Assembly: GCA_964355105.1 (NCBI GenBank)
Contig: CAYHCO010000006.1
Location: 102,378-166,377 of the forward strand
Origin: an uncultured Porphyromonadaceae bacterium
GTDB lineage: Bacteria > Bacteroidota > Bacteroidia > Bacteroidales > UBA12481
Reading direction: 5' to 3'
Length of the DNA stretch: 64,000 nucleotides
A model generated the notes under the pieces. That model saw only the letters and a program-made list of their open reading frames with translations, did not search any database and had not been told where the DNA came from. A program made the position numbers and the translations under genes. The first letter of the stretch is position 1; each line of letters opens with the position of its first letter. Below, piece by piece: positions 27,597 to 36,872 of this stretch.

Positions 27597-28910
27597 CTAC
27601 CCCTTTTTCCAGTCGCGGTACTCGCGTGTCAGCCATGCAGGATTGCCGGTGCCGCTAGCAAAGCTGAGTTTAGCCGGATCCCACTTGATCGTCTCGTTAT
27701 GATAATAAAGCTGGTTCAGCAGGTGACAGCTGATTACCGTGCGACCGCCAACCTGTTCATTGGCAATCGGTTTCTTGCGTGTTTCCATGCAATCCAGGAA
27801 ATCCGAATAATGAGAAGTGCTGTTGTACAGTTTTATTTTCGCATCCTTCAGGAATTGCTCGTCAGCTTTTCTAAGCTCGGCATCCAACGTAGTTTCCTTG
27901 GTTGCCCCTCCGGTATATTCGGCAATCGTTTCGCCCTTGGAGATCATTTTGAAGGTTCCCCGGTTGACCATCACTTCGCCGTCGCTGCCAAAAAAGTGCA
28001 CCCCAAAACCCTGCTCCTTGCGGACCACGGTAATACCGTTGCCATATCGGAGTGTAGCTTCCCCATTGTTGAAAAATGCCTCCACCGGACCGCTGTCGTC
28101 CATGCCCAAACCCCACTGCGCGATATCCAGATGATGAGCACCCCAGTCGCCCACTCCACCGGTTCCATATTCGCGGTAATTACGCCAGGCAGGAAAATGG
28201 TTATGAATACCACGGGGACTCAGTATTGAATTGTAGGGCCGCATGGGTGCAGGTCCGAGCCAGAGATTCCAATCCAGACCGGGCTCCATCTCTTCTTCCG
28301 GAAGATCGCAGGGGGCAGGAGGTCCGCTGAAAACGGCTTCCACATGGTCGATGGTTCCGATGCATCCGTTGCGCACCAGCTCGCAGGCTATACGGAATTC
28401 CTTTGCCGACCTTTGCATCGAGCCGGTTTGCAGCACACGTTCATATTTTTCCACGCCATTCATCACGTCGATCGCCTCCTGAATATTATGCGTCAGCGGC
28501 TTCTCGCAAAACACGTCCTTGCCCTTCGCCAGCGCAGCCAAAATAATCATTGAATGCCAATGATCGGGAGTTGCGATGCAAACGGCATCGATATCCTTCC
28601 GGTCGAGCAATTCCCGGTAATCCTCGTATGCCTTGCACCCGGCGGCCCCTTTATGCGGATTGTCGTTATAATACTTGTCGGTCCATTTCTGTCCGTTGGT
28701 CCGGCGTGTGGTATCCACGTCGCACACCGCCAGAACCTGGGCCTCAGGTACGAATCGTGTGAGCAGGTAACGCGACTGTATTCCCATGCCGATAAAACCC
28801 ATGGTAATCCGGCTGTTAGGGGATTTCGACATGATGCACGAAGGAAGGATATACGGCACGGCCACCAGTGGAGCCAATGTCTTGATGAAGTTTCGGCGTG
28901 AGGTTTGCAT
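27597..28910 (-). CDS. Gfo/Idh/MocA-family oxidoreductase with twin-arginine signal
   Basis: TAT motif MQTSRRNFIKTLAP, Rossmann region GFIGMGIQSRY, EKPL motif (VFCEKPLTHN). 437 aa. Confidence 0.85.
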   Translation of the reverse strand: MQTSRRNFIKTLAPLVAVPYILPSCIMSKSPNSRITMGFIGMGIQSRYLLTRFVPEAQVLAVCDVDTTRRTNGQKWTDKYYNDNPHKGAAGCKAYEDYRELLDRKDIDAVCIATPDHWHSMIILAALAKGKDVFCEKPLTHNIQEAIDVMNGVEKYERVLQTGSMQRSAKEFRIACELVRNGCIGTIDHVEAVFSGPPAPCDLPEEEMEPGLDWNLWLGPAPMRPYNSILSPRGIHNHFPAWRNYREYGTGGVGDWGAHHLDIAQWGLGMDDSGPVEAFFNNGEATLRYGNGITVVRKEQGFGVHFFGSDGEVMVNRGTFKMISKGETIAEYTGGATKETTLDAELRKADEQFLKDAKIKLYNSTSHYSDFLDCMETRKKPIANEQVGGRTVISCHLLNQLYYHNETIKWDPAKLSFASGTGNPAWLTREYRDWKKG

Positions 28911-28967
28911 TTCGGAAAACGGGTTTAGTGATTTTCAATAAAGATATAGAAGATATAAATATCTGAA

Positions 28968-29885
28968 CTAATGCTGTATCGATTGGCCGCCCGCATATTT
29001 GAGAACGGTCCGGAAGATCGCCTCCAGCAGTCGCTCGAGATTCGATTTGCCGTTGTGGTTTATGTGGAGGCAGCCCGGCATCGAATTGATTTCACCCACG
29101 AGATACCCATCGGGGCCAAACAACAGATCGACACCGCACAACTTCACATCCATTGCTTTCACCACAGCTTTGGCAATCCTGACGGCTTCCGCATCGGGTT
29201 CCCAGTATTCACCCTGACCGCCCACCGAGATATTTGACCTGAAATCCTCGCCTTTTGAATTATCGCGAAGCACGCCAAATACCACCTCTCCGTCGCACAT
29301 GGTGATGCGGACATCGCGACCCTTGCTGGTGGCTACAAATTCCTGGGCGAGTAAGGTCTGGCCTGCGGTTTTGCAATACAGATCGTGAATATTCCGGAGT
29401 TCCTGAGCGGATTTGACCAGGCAAACCCCTTCCCCTTTCGACCCGTCGGGTAGCTTTACAACCATTGGGAAGCCGATCCGTTCGGCCAGCCAATCCAGTG
29501 ATGTATGCGCCTCCATCACCAGGGTTTTGGCTACCGGGATTCCCGCTTTCAACAAAATCTGGGCTGTATAGAGCTTATCGACCGACATAGCGATATTTTG
29601 AGCCTTGTGCGGCGAGAAAATTCCATGCATCTCCAACTGTCTCAGGAGGCTGAAATGAACCCAGTCCACTCCTTTCTCGAAAAGGCAGAGGGCAAAATCC
29701 GGTTTCGGGCGGTATTCTCCTTTTACATGCAGCTGCCCGATTTTATCCTCTGCCACTTCCAGACTGATATCTGAAAGATTCAGCTGCTCCAGCTTAAAGG
29801 GAAGATTACGGATCCTGGCGAGATCCTCGCCCGTGAAATAGCCCTGACCGTCTTTCTTATCTGAAATGATCCACCCGTTTAACAT
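28968..29885 (-). CDS. RimK-type ATP-grasp ligase
   Basis: ATP-grasp blocks: FPMVVKLPDGSKGEGVCLVKSAQEL, LLAQEFV, DVRITMCDGEVV, DFRSNISVGGQG, GVDLLFGPDGYLVGEINSMPG. 305 aa. Confidence 0.8.
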   Translation of the reverse strand: MLNGWIISDKKDGQGYFTGEDLARIRNLPFKLEQLNLSDISLEVAEDKIGQLHVKGEYRPKPDFALCLFEKGVDWVHFSLLRQLEMHGIFSPHKAQNIAMSVDKLYTAQILLKAGIPVAKTLVMEAHTSLDWLAERIGFPMVVKLPDGSKGEGVCLVKSAQELRNIHDLYCKTAGQTLLAQEFVATSKGRDVRITMCDGEVVFGVLRDNSKGEDFRSNISVGGQGEYWEPDAEAVRIAKAVVKAMDVKLCGVDLLFGPDGYLVGEINSMPGCLHINHNGKSNLERLLEAIFRTVLKYAGGQSIQH

Positions 29886-29901
29886 AACTATAGGTATTTA
29901 A

Positions 29902-31611
29902 TTATTTAATCCATTCATCATCAGGTTTTTCCCTGATCATTACCGGCAGCTTGACCTGTGTGGATGAACCTGTGATCCTGATTTTGGCATCATATAGCGC
30001 AGTCTGCCAGCCGGACCTCATCGGGATAATCCTGACAGGGTTCAGCAATTTATGCTCATTACACAAAATATCATATATAGAATTGGTTTCCATCAACCTT
30101 TTGTGTGTCTTTTCCGCTAGTGCCGACGGATCCCATCCGGCAACTGTTGCCGAAGTTTCGAGGTAACACAGATACCTTCGCTCATCCGGATCGGCATAAA
30201 TCTGGATCTGCACCGGAATCAGCCCCATCTTTCCGGCTATCTCCATTATGGCGTCCTGTACCAGGCTGGCCGGAATCTTTTCATCGCAGAGATTAAGCAC
30301 ATCGATGCTTTTATATTGGAAGACGATATTGGGAGTGTTGCCGGTGAAGCCCTCTACCCGCACGATATCATTCATATTGTAACGGTAAAGCCCTGACCAG
30401 GTGGTAACAACCAGTTCGTACGACTTCCCGTCCTCAAGCTGGTGTGCAAGGAGCGGTGCACCTCCATCTGCGGGCAGAAATTCGTAAAATGCGGTGTAAA
30501 CCGATAGCGTTCCGGCGGCATCGCCGGGTTTCGAGGGAATATTTATGCGAGCTTCGCTGGCTCCGTAACCCGCATCAAAAAAGGCTACCTGGTCTGACAG
30601 CATGGGTTTGAGGTCTTTAACGTAATGGCCAACGGTTGACGAGATCCAGAAGGCAACCAACTGCAGAGATGGCCAGTAATCCTTAGGTAACAGCGAACCT
30701 GTCTCTTCGAGCATCTCCTGAAGCTCAGCCGCCCGTTCAGGATCGGGCACAAGCATCGGAGCCAGTTTCTCCATGACCGGCTGGTCGATTATCAATGTGC
30801 TGCTTACCGTACCTGCTGCGATATCCCGAATTATTTCAGCTGCCCGGCCGGAAGCCAGCTGAATCAACCGGGCAAACCGTCCGGCATTATTCCCGATCAC
30901 CATCACCACATTTCGCTGAGCCAGCGCAAAACGCATCATGAGGTAATCACGGCTTTCGGCATCTTCATTAACCAGAATGCAGGCGGGTACTGCAAATTTC
31001 ATCCCGGGTCCTTCCGAGATATTCTGGTTCAGGGCTATGCCCGATGCAAAACCTACCGGTATGCCGGCCGAAGTGGGCGGACACGCCTGGGCATTGGAAA
31101 GGGGAAGCACGTAACCGTTTCTGTCGATCTTGGGAAAATTAACCGCCAGCTGCATTTTCCGGAAGCGCGAAACCATCTGTTTGGCTATGATGCCGGTCTG
31201 GCTTTCGGGCACAAGCTTTGACTTCCCAGCAGCGGTTCCACTGGTTTTTACAAACACCTGGGCCCGGCCCGGAAACAGAATATCCTCCGCACCCTCAGCC
31301 AAACGGTCGACAATCGTTTCGTAGTCATGCCAGTCTGAGATCGGTACCCTTTCGCGGAATTCATCAATGGAAGAAATATTCCCGAAACCGTATTTTCTGC
31401 CTGTTTCCGTATCGGCGGATGCCCTGAGAATCTGCTTAAGGACGGTCTCTTGTATCCTGGCTGGATCGGAAAAGCCTGTCATCGCCAGTCGCAAAAATTC
31501 AGGATCCGGCATCTTTTTCAACAGTTCGGGCAAACTGTACTTGTCAAAATCCGGATGATCATAAACAGGTTGGTTCATATCGATATTTTCTTTATTCATT
31601 ACCTGATCCAC
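29902..31611 (-). CDS. GH3-family acyl-acid amido synthetase-like adenylating enzyme (paralog B)
   Basis: GH3 signature blocks: VKTSGTAAGKSKLVPES, DAGYGASEARINIP, GLYRYNMNDIVRVEGFTGNTPNIVFQYK. 569 aa. Start overlaps the upstream paralog by 13 bp. Confidence 0.75.
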   Translation of the reverse strand: MDQVMNKENIDMNQPVYDHPDFDKYSLPELLKKMPDPEFLRLAMTGFSDPARIQETVLKQILRASADTETGRKYGFGNISSIDEFRERVPISDWHDYETIVDRLAEGAEDILFPGRAQVFVKTSGTAAGKSKLVPESQTGIIAKQMVSRFRKMQLAVNFPKIDRNGYVLPLSNAQACPPTSAGIPVGFASGIALNQNISEGPGMKFAVPACILVNEDAESRDYLMMRFALAQRNVVMVIGNNAGRFARLIQLASGRAAEIIRDIAAGTVSSTLIIDQPVMEKLAPMLVPDPERAAELQEMLEETGSLLPKDYWPSLQLVAFWISSTVGHYVKDLKPMLSDQVAFFDAGYGASEARINIPSKPGDAAGTLSVYTAFYEFLPADGGAPLLAHQLEDGKSYELVVTTWSGLYRYNMNDIVRVEGFTGNTPNIVFQYKSIDVLNLCDEKIPASLVQDAIMEIAGKMGLIPVQIQIYADPDERRYLCYLETSATVAGWDPSALAEKTHKRLMETNSIYDILCNEHKLLNPVRIIPMRSGWQTALYDAKIRITGSSTQVKLPVMIREKPDDEWIK

Positions 31612-33263
31612 TCAGGGGATGGCTTCTCACGAATCATGATCGGCAGTTTTACCTGCGTGGAACTTTGTCCGGCGCCGGTTTTTGCCTGGTAGAGCGATTC
31701 CTGCCAGCCTGTTTTCATCTCTATTATTCTCAGCGGGAAGAGAAGGTTTAACTTCACCATGATGAGATCGTAAATTTCCTGTTTTTCGGCCAGATCCGCA
31801 TTCGCCCGTGAGGCCAGCAGGCCGGCATCGAAACCCGATGTTTCCGGTGTCGGCTCCAGGTAACACTGGTATCTCCGTTCCTTTTCATCAGCAAACACCT
31901 GCACCTGAACCGGGTCGATGCCCAACGATTGTGCCACTTCGCGAATGGAATCATTCACGGCACCCGCCGGAACTTTCTCGTCGGCAATATTCAGGATCTC
32001 TCCCATCTTATATTGAAAAACAATATTTGGGGTTTTTCCGGTAAATCCCTGTACCTTAACCATATCCATCAGGTTATATCGATACAGGCCTGACCAGGTG
32101 GTGATAACCAGCCGGTAGCTTGCCTGGTCCTTAAGCTCATGGGCAAGGAGTGGTGTGCCTCCACTTTCAGGGATGAACTCATAGAAAGCAGTAAGCAGCG
32201 AAAGGACTCCGGCCGCCTTACCGGGTTCCGACGGGACATTGAATTTTCCTTCGCTGGCGCCGTAACCCATATCCATATACCTGGCACCTTCGGGCATCAT
32301 CGGCACGATATCCTTGATATAATGGCCGACTGAAGCCGAAAGCCAAAATGCAAGAAGTTGAAGCGAAGGCCAGTAATCCCTGGGCAAAATCCTGCCACCG
32401 GTCTGCTTGATGAGCCTGAGTTCGGCTGCCCGCGCTGGATCCGGCCGGACTCCGCTGAGCAATCTCTCACGCTGGGCAGGATCATCGATGCCTGCGCCGT
32501 CAACTGTTCCCCGTTCAATATCGAGGATGATATCATGACTGGCACCATCAGCGAAGTTTGCAAGCTCACGAATCCTTCCGGCATTGTTACCTGCGATCAT
32601 GACCACATCGGGTTGCTGGATAGCAAAACGCATCAGCAGGTAATCCCGTGAGCGATTTTCGGCGACTTCAAAAATGGCCATTGGAAAAGCAGTACGGATC
32701 GCACTACCGCCCTGCAGGCTTTGGTTCAGCGTGAGTCCCGATGCATACTGCACAGGTATGCCGCTGGCAGTCTTCGCTCCCCGGGTAGCGTTCGACAGTG
32801 GCAGGATGCAACCGCTCTGCAGAAGGCCGGGAAAGTGCCGGTTCAGCGCGATAAGCCTCAGGTTCATGACCGTATTCCTAGCTACAGCGCCCGGTCGGCT
32901 CTCGGGAATCAGTTTTGGTTTGGTTCCGGTCGTCCCGGAAGTCGCAACAAAGCATTCCGGAGCCCCAGGGAACAGGAGATCCTTCTCGCCGTTCGCCATC
33001 CTGTCGGAGTAGGGTTCAAAATCAGGCCACTCTCGAATGGGCACCCGTCGCTGAAAATCCAGGCTGTTTTGGATGGATTCAAAATTGTGCTGCCGGCCAA
33101 ATTCGGTATCCCTGGCAATATCAATAATTTGTTTTAAAACCAGTTCCTGAACCCGTGCGGGCTCCTCGCAACTCCCGGCAGCCAGCCGGGCCAAATCGCG
33201 AAGTCCGGATTCAGCCAGTAGATCCGGAATTCTCTTGTTATCGGTGAATAATTCGTCGATCAT
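31599..33263 (-). CDS. GH3-family acyl-acid amido synthetase-like adenylating enzyme (paralog A)
   Basis: VATSGTTGTKPKLIPES, DMGYGASEGKFNVP, GLYRYNLMDMVKVQGFTGKTPNIVFQYK. Colinear with 29902..31611. Confidence 0.75.
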   Translation of the reverse strand: MIDELFTDNKRIPDLLAESGLRDLARLAAGSCEEPARVQELVLKQIIDIARDTEFGRQHNFESIQNSLDFQRRVPIREWPDFEPYSDRMANGEKDLLFPGAPECFVATSGTTGTKPKLIPESRPGAVARNTVMNLRLIALNRHFPGLLQSGCILPLSNATRGAKTASGIPVQYASGLTLNQSLQGGSAIRTAFPMAIFEVAENRSRDYLLMRFAIQQPDVVMIAGNNAGRIRELANFADGASHDIILDIERGTVDGAGIDDPAQRERLLSGVRPDPARAAELRLIKQTGGRILPRDYWPSLQLLAFWLSASVGHYIKDIVPMMPEGARYMDMGYGASEGKFNVPSEPGKAAGVLSLLTAFYEFIPESGGTPLLAHELKDQASYRLVITTWSGLYRYNLMDMVKVQGFTGKTPNIVFQYKMGEILNIADEKVPAGAVNDSIREVAQSLGIDPVQVQVFADEKERRYQCYLEPTPETSGFDAGLLASRANADLAEKQEIYDLIMVKLNLLFPLRIIEMKTGWQESLYQAKTGAGQSSTQVKLPIMIREKPSPEWIR

Positions 33264-33275
33264 GCCTGAAAGAGT

Positions 33276-34718
33276 TTACACCATACGGTAATAAAGATCC
33301 CTGATATAATCCCGAAGTTCATTCGCCCTGGCACTGAACAGCTGGATCTTGTCGAAATCGAATTTCTGGTTCAGAAGATTAGTGTATATCAGATCCCACG
33401 ACCCTGAGGCGTTGGGTTTTATGCCGCAGAAAACGTAGCCGTTCTTAGCGAGCAGGCTATCCAGACCGGACGGCAGGTTCATTGCGGTTGGGATGATAAC
33501 ATTTACGGTAGCCATGGAATCCTGCGCCAGTGCCCGTGTATGCTTTCTTAAGGCCGTGTCGAAATCTTTTCCTGTTGCATCGATCATGAGCGAGGCACGT
33601 CGGGCCTCCTCATCCCTTTTCACCTCGGTCAGCGTTTCACCCGCCCAGGTATCCGAATCACAAATCAGCACATCGATGCTGATCCCGCCGGCAGTAAGCA
33701 GTTCTTTAATCAGGGTATAGTGTTCCTGCGGAACGTACATAGGCTTATCCTGCATCCGGCCGGTGATGGTAGCGTATGCGAAAATCAGGCTTTCGCGTGG
33801 ATTCATGTCGCCGTTGCTTCCCACAAAATCCGCTCGCTGGTACACTGAAAGTTCCAGCAGGCAAGGTGTGAATCCGGTCATGAATGCCTGGCTCGACTTA
33901 TGTGAGGTCACAGCTTTGATGTACAGAACCATAGCCGGATATTGCTCCACGACCGCCTCGCGGGTAGTCCTGACCAGCTGTATGAATGCCCTTGATCTTC
34001 GGTATTCCGGATCCACCATGGCCATACCCACTTCGCCCAGTTCGGAACTTTCGAAAAGGACCGCATTATGTCCGATGATTTTCCCCGTAGGGGTGACCGC
34101 TATCAGGGAAGCAATATTCCCCTTCTCAATGGCTTCGCTCAGCTTTTCAGGACTGTATGCAAACGATTTTGCGTAGGAATAGCGGTACGTATTGTATACT
34201 AAATTGATGATTCCCGGAACATCATCGCGGGTTGAACGCTTTACCAGGTATTCAGATTCTGTTTCCGTCCGGTTATTAGGCGCTGGCTCCCGGGTTACTT
34301 CGCTGAGTCTGGTAAAATTTCTGATTTTTGATCTGATCACCAGTTCCCAGCCGTTGCGGCCCAGGTTACGGAAATCCAGCTCTTCGCTGAAACTTCGCAG
34401 CAGGCGGAGCGATAACCCGTCGGCTGTGGCGTCCGCATCATCAATAGAAAAGTCGCGAATTTCACGTACATCCATCGGCCTTCCGTGGTTGGAGAACTGC
34501 CAGATCAGTCCGTCATCAGTTTCCATACAGCGCAAATGGAACATCTCACTGAAGTCCTGGTCGGGGATTCCGCCCATAATAAAGGAAAAAGCCTCCTCAC
34601 CAAGCAAACGCAGCCTCATTTGTTCCGAGCCGTCGGCCCCGTAACTGGTGCCGGCTGCCTCCATGAAGGAAGCCACAACATTGGCAAAATCAACCTGGTA
34701 GGGAACAACGATTTCCAT
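33276..34718 (-). CDS. GNAT-type acyltransferase with N-terminal RsbW/HATPase-like domain
   Basis: The N-terminal about 130 aa resemble anti-sigma kinase-like folds (GLSLRLLRSFSEELDFRNLGRNGWELVI). Central GNAT-like block IGHNAVLFESSELGEVGMAMVDPEYRRSRAFIQLV. 480 aa. The domain calls are tentative. Confidence 0.55.
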   Translation of the reverse strand: MEIVVPYQVDFANVVASFMEAAGTSYGADGSEQMRLRLLGEEAFSFIMGGIPDQDFSEMFHLRCMETDDGLIWQFSNHGRPMDVREIRDFSIDDADATADGLSLRLLRSFSEELDFRNLGRNGWELVIRSKIRNFTRLSEVTREPAPNNRTETESEYLVKRSTRDDVPGIINLVYNTYRYSYAKSFAYSPEKLSEAIEKGNIASLIAVTPTGKIIGHNAVLFESSELGEVGMAMVDPEYRRSRAFIQLVRTTREAVVEQYPAMVLYIKAVTSHKSSQAFMTGFTPCLLELSVYQRADFVGSNGDMNPRESLIFAYATITGRMQDKPMYVPQEHYTLIKELLTAGGISIDVLICDSDTWAGETLTEVKRDEEARRASLMIDATGKDFDTALRKHTRALAQDSMATVNVIIPTAMNLPSGLDSLLAKNGYVFCGIKPNASGSWDLIYTNLLNQKFDFDKIQLFSARANELRDYIRDLYYRMV

Positions 34719-34772
34719 TTTAGACGAACAATTGAGGTTCAGACAAAGAGCTTGCCGATCGGTCGTCTAAAA
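34718..34772 (-). promoter_or_regulatory. leader stem-loop abutting the GNAT start codon
   Basis: TTTTAGACGA (34718-34727) and TCGTCTAAAA (34763-34772) are perfect reverse complements, 35 nt apart. On the minus-strand transcript the 3' arm ends on the A of the AUG. Confidence 0.3.
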
Positions 34773-34786
34773 TTAGGAAAGTTTAC

Positions 34787-36691
34787 CTATTGAATCACCA
34801 GTCGTCGCGTATTGGTAAAATCCCCGGCTTTGATGGTATAGAAATAGACGCCCGACCCCAGGTCGCCCAAATCCAGGCTAACCGAATGTTTACCGGCCGG
34901 CATCATGCCCTGGTTGATTATTTTCACCTTACGCCCCGAAAGATCCATAACATCGAAAGTTACCTTGGATCCGGCTGCCAGCTCATAGCTGATTTCAGTA
35001 GTGCGGCTGAAGGGGTTCGGGTAATTCTGCCCGAGGAATGACTGAGCCTCGATCGGACCGGTGCCATCATTAATATTGCGATGATCGTTCAGGTTCAGAC
35101 GGATCATCAGGTTTCGTTTCCCGATAAAATCGCCGAGACCGGTTTCCCAGCTTCCCTCGTAGAATCCAATGGCTGTCGACTCGATCAGTTTCACGGAGTT
35201 GTCGGTACCAATTTCGAGCCCTTTGTTACGGCGCACCAGATATTCCTCGTTCAGGTTGTCGAAGGTGATTCCGGCATAAACCAGATCCCCTTTTGTCAGG
35301 AATTCCGATTCACCGTCCTTGTCAAACGGCAGGGTAACCCAGGTATTGAAATCAGCCGAATCCAACTGGATGGTTTCGGTCGACAAAAGCTCAAACGGAG
35401 TAGGATCCGACTGCCCTACCGGGACATAATAGAGTGAATACCGGTAATTTATAAATTGATCAGCCTTCCCACCTGCAATAAACACAGAGATCGAGCTCAC
35501 TTCACAATCATTGTATATCGGTAGGATCGATCCATTGAAGAAACCGACATTGGATGTGGCATTGGCATTGTAACGCTCCTTGGTAAACGACCAGGCCAGG
35601 TCGTTCGAATCATCGGCACGGGAATAAATACTGTCGGTGACGTTGAAGTAAACCTCCTTTTTATTGTCGGCCGGTTTTTCATCCACGAATTTCGACTTGA
35701 ATTCCATTGCCAGTTTGTAATGACCGAATTCGGCCGGTGAATAACGGTCTGCAATTCTGACCGTATCTGTTACCAGCACTGCAACATCCTTCTTTGGCGA
35801 CATCACATGAAAAACGCTGTTTCCGTTTTTGGTTATATCCAGATCCAGGTATACATCTTCCTGATCATATTCACCAAAATTAAGTCCCATTGTTTCGAAA
35901 TTGAAGAACCCGTTGGTACCGGTCAGCTGCGATTTCGGGATATTGTAAATCCAGGACACGTTGGTATTCGGATCATTATCATCCCATTCCATCTTGGCAT
36001 AACTGATTTTCAAATCATTGTTGTAAGCCTCTGCAAGGGAAAAATCATCGATTGCCCAATAGTAATATGCTGAATTCATCCAGTGCAGCCTCATTTTCAC
36101 ATCAGACATACCTGCGGCCACATCAGAGATATTCACCTCCATGATAGCCGGCACTCCCTTAGGCCTGTCGAGGGGCCTGTCTTTATGACCGGCGCCGAAG
36201 TTTACACTGTAGGTCGCAGAATGCACCCAATTGTCGACACTGATTTCCAGAAACATATCCACCGGCGATGAACCCATAAAATGCGTTTCATACTTTACTA
36301 CCACTGATGAATGAGCGCTGCAGTTCATGGTGGGAAAAACAACCGAGTTATTCACCTGAATCTCAGGAGCCCCAACGGTTTGGAACAGTTCCATAAAAAG
36401 CGCAAGGCATCCGTTATCCATGGTTGTTGACTGGAGCATCGGGTCCTGGGTTAAGCGTCCCACAAAAGGCCCTTTCCACCAGACAAAGTTGGTGCCCTGA
36501 TCTTTAGGATCCAGGAACGAATATCCGGCCGGTGCTGTCCAGCCTTTCGGATCGGCAGGGTTTTCCCAGCCAAATGTTTCGGTGTAGAATATTTTCCCGT
36601 CGCCGTTGGCAATGGGAGTCTGCCCTTGCACTTCAGTCACAGCCAGTAAACAGGCCAATACCACCAGAAGCTTAAATACTTTCATGTTCAT
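34787..36691 (-). CDS. T9SS-secreted protein of unknown function
   Basis: Signal peptide MKVFKLLVVLACLLAVTEVQG. Canonical sorting domain at the C-terminus: NYPNPFSRTTEISYEL...GVYFYTIKAGDFTNTRRLVIQ. Confidence 0.75.
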   Translation of the reverse strand: MNMKVFKLLVVLACLLAVTEVQGQTPIANGDGKIFYTETFGWENPADPKGWTAPAGYSFLDPKDQGTNFVWWKGPFVGRLTQDPMLQSTTMDNGCLALFMELFQTVGAPEIQVNNSVVFPTMNCSAHSSVVVKYETHFMGSSPVDMFLEISVDNWVHSATYSVNFGAGHKDRPLDRPKGVPAIMEVNISDVAAGMSDVKMRLHWMNSAYYYWAIDDFSLAEAYNNDLKISYAKMEWDDNDPNTNVSWIYNIPKSQLTGTNGFFNFETMGLNFGEYDQEDVYLDLDITKNGNSVFHVMSPKKDVAVLVTDTVRIADRYSPAEFGHYKLAMEFKSKFVDEKPADNKKEVYFNVTDSIYSRADDSNDLAWSFTKERYNANATSNVGFFNGSILPIYNDCEVSSISVFIAGGKADQFINYRYSLYYVPVGQSDPTPFELLSTETIQLDSADFNTWVTLPFDKDGESEFLTKGDLVYAGITFDNLNEEYLVRRNKGLEIGTDNSVKLIESTAIGFYEGSWETGLGDFIGKRNLMIRLNLNDHRNINDGTGPIEAQSFLGQNYPNPFSRTTEISYELAAGSKVTFDVMDLSGRKVKIINQGMMPAGKHSVSLDLGDLGSGVYFYTIKAGDFTNTRRLVIQ

Positions 36692-36872
36692 GAGATTTAG
36701 TAACGCAATATACCTTTTAAGTGAATTGCCGCGACTCAATCCTTTTGCCTCAAGTGTGTATTAATTTGATGGCTGTCGATTCTTGATTCACCGGTATTTC
36801 TACTGAATTGACCGAAATGAAAATGCGCGGATCATGGTTGACCTGTACTTTTGATCAGAAATTCAATCGAAC

